From assembly GCA_963819855.1 (NCBI GenBank), contig CAWFYC010000033.1, positions 8,326 through 72,325 on the forward strand: a stretch of 64,000 nucleotides of DNA. The letters are read 5' to 3'. The translations under genes and the position numbers were made by a program. Shown here one piece after another: positions 63,801-64,000 of this stretch (within the stretch, counting starts at the first letter, position 1; each line of letters opens with the position of its first letter). This stretch comes from an uncultured Alphaproteobacteria bacterium. GTDB taxonomy: Bacteria > Pseudomonadota > Alphaproteobacteria > Acetobacterales > Acetobacteraceae. The notes under the pieces were generated by a model. It ran no database searches and was not told where the DNA came from. It saw only the letters and a program-made list of their open reading frames with translations.

Positions 63801-64000
63801 ATGGTCCCGCTTTCCGTGCTCGATCTCTCGCCCATCGTCGAAGGCAGCGATGCCGGCCAGGCGTTGCGCAACTCGCTCGATCTCGCGCGCCATGTCGAGG
63901 CGCTGGGCTATCGGCGTTACTGGATGGCCGAGCACCATAATCTGCCGGGCATCGCCAGCGCGGCAACCGCGGTGGCGCTGGCGCATGTCGCCGCCGGCAC
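63801..64000 (+). CDS. LLM-class flavin-dependent oxidoreductase, 3' end outside window
   Basis: My manual translation ([66 protein letters not shown]) is the typical N-terminus of the luciferase-family YhbW-like group. The ORF is not in the track because it runs off the window. Confidence 0.75.
   Translation, partial: MVPLSVLDLSPIVEGSDAGQALRNSLDLARHVEALGYRRYWMAEHHNLPGIASAATAVALAHVAAG

Overview
High-G+C proteobacterial chromosome segment with no rRNA, tRNA, CRISPR array, integrase or transposase that I could recognise. The layout is as follows. (i) 1-12.1 kb holds a truncated luciferase-like oxidoreductase and two family-5 (Dpp/Opp-type) peptide ABC transporter gene sets flanking an N,N-dimethylformamidase-large-subunit-like gene. 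(ii) 12.1-16.0 kb is a three-gene islet bracketed by an 18-nt direct repeat. It contains a visibly lower-G+C secreted protein, then a translationally coupled cytochrome P450 and cyclooxygenase/linoleate-diol-synthase-like haem dioxygenase. (iii) 16.0-44.6 kb is the dominant feature: a roughly 28.6-kb, 20-gene, single-strand (minus), tightly coupled phage-tail-like / extracellular contractile injection system (eCIS) operon. Its genes are a DUF4255 cap, sheath, two tube paralogs, a degenerate sheath paralog, a tube-initiator-like protein, a 52-aa unlisted ORF, a split gpD+gpV spike, gp25, baseplate J, a gpI-like protein, three paralogous fibre-like proteins, a tape-measure-position protein, an AAA+ ATPase and a 1243-aa DUF4157 putative cargo. 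It departs from the Afp/PVC paradigm in several ways. There is no PAAR or LysM, a membrane-anchored 530-aa protein sits at the PAAR position, and a REP-like palindrome is inserted in frame in one structural gene. (iv) 44.7-46.5 kb carries three co-directional uncharacterised genes upstream of the eCIS. (v) 46.7-48.4 kb carries gene debris: a fragmented beta-helix-like ORF and a heavily deleted transketolase pseudogene. (vi) 48.4-50.6 kb carries HAD hydrolase, transaldolase and DUF302 genes. (vii) 50.7-58.3 kb is a transglutaminase / circularly permuted ATP-grasp / alpha-E operon whose first gene carries an apparent 1-nt frameshift. (viii) 58.3-64 kb carries a small membrane protein, a chalcone-isomerase-like protein, an MlrC-like M81 peptidase, an acylphosphatase-like protein, a soluble PAS-MCP, a small secreted protein and a second truncated LLM oxidoreductase. 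All functional calls come from recognising motifs in the supplied translations. No database search was run.
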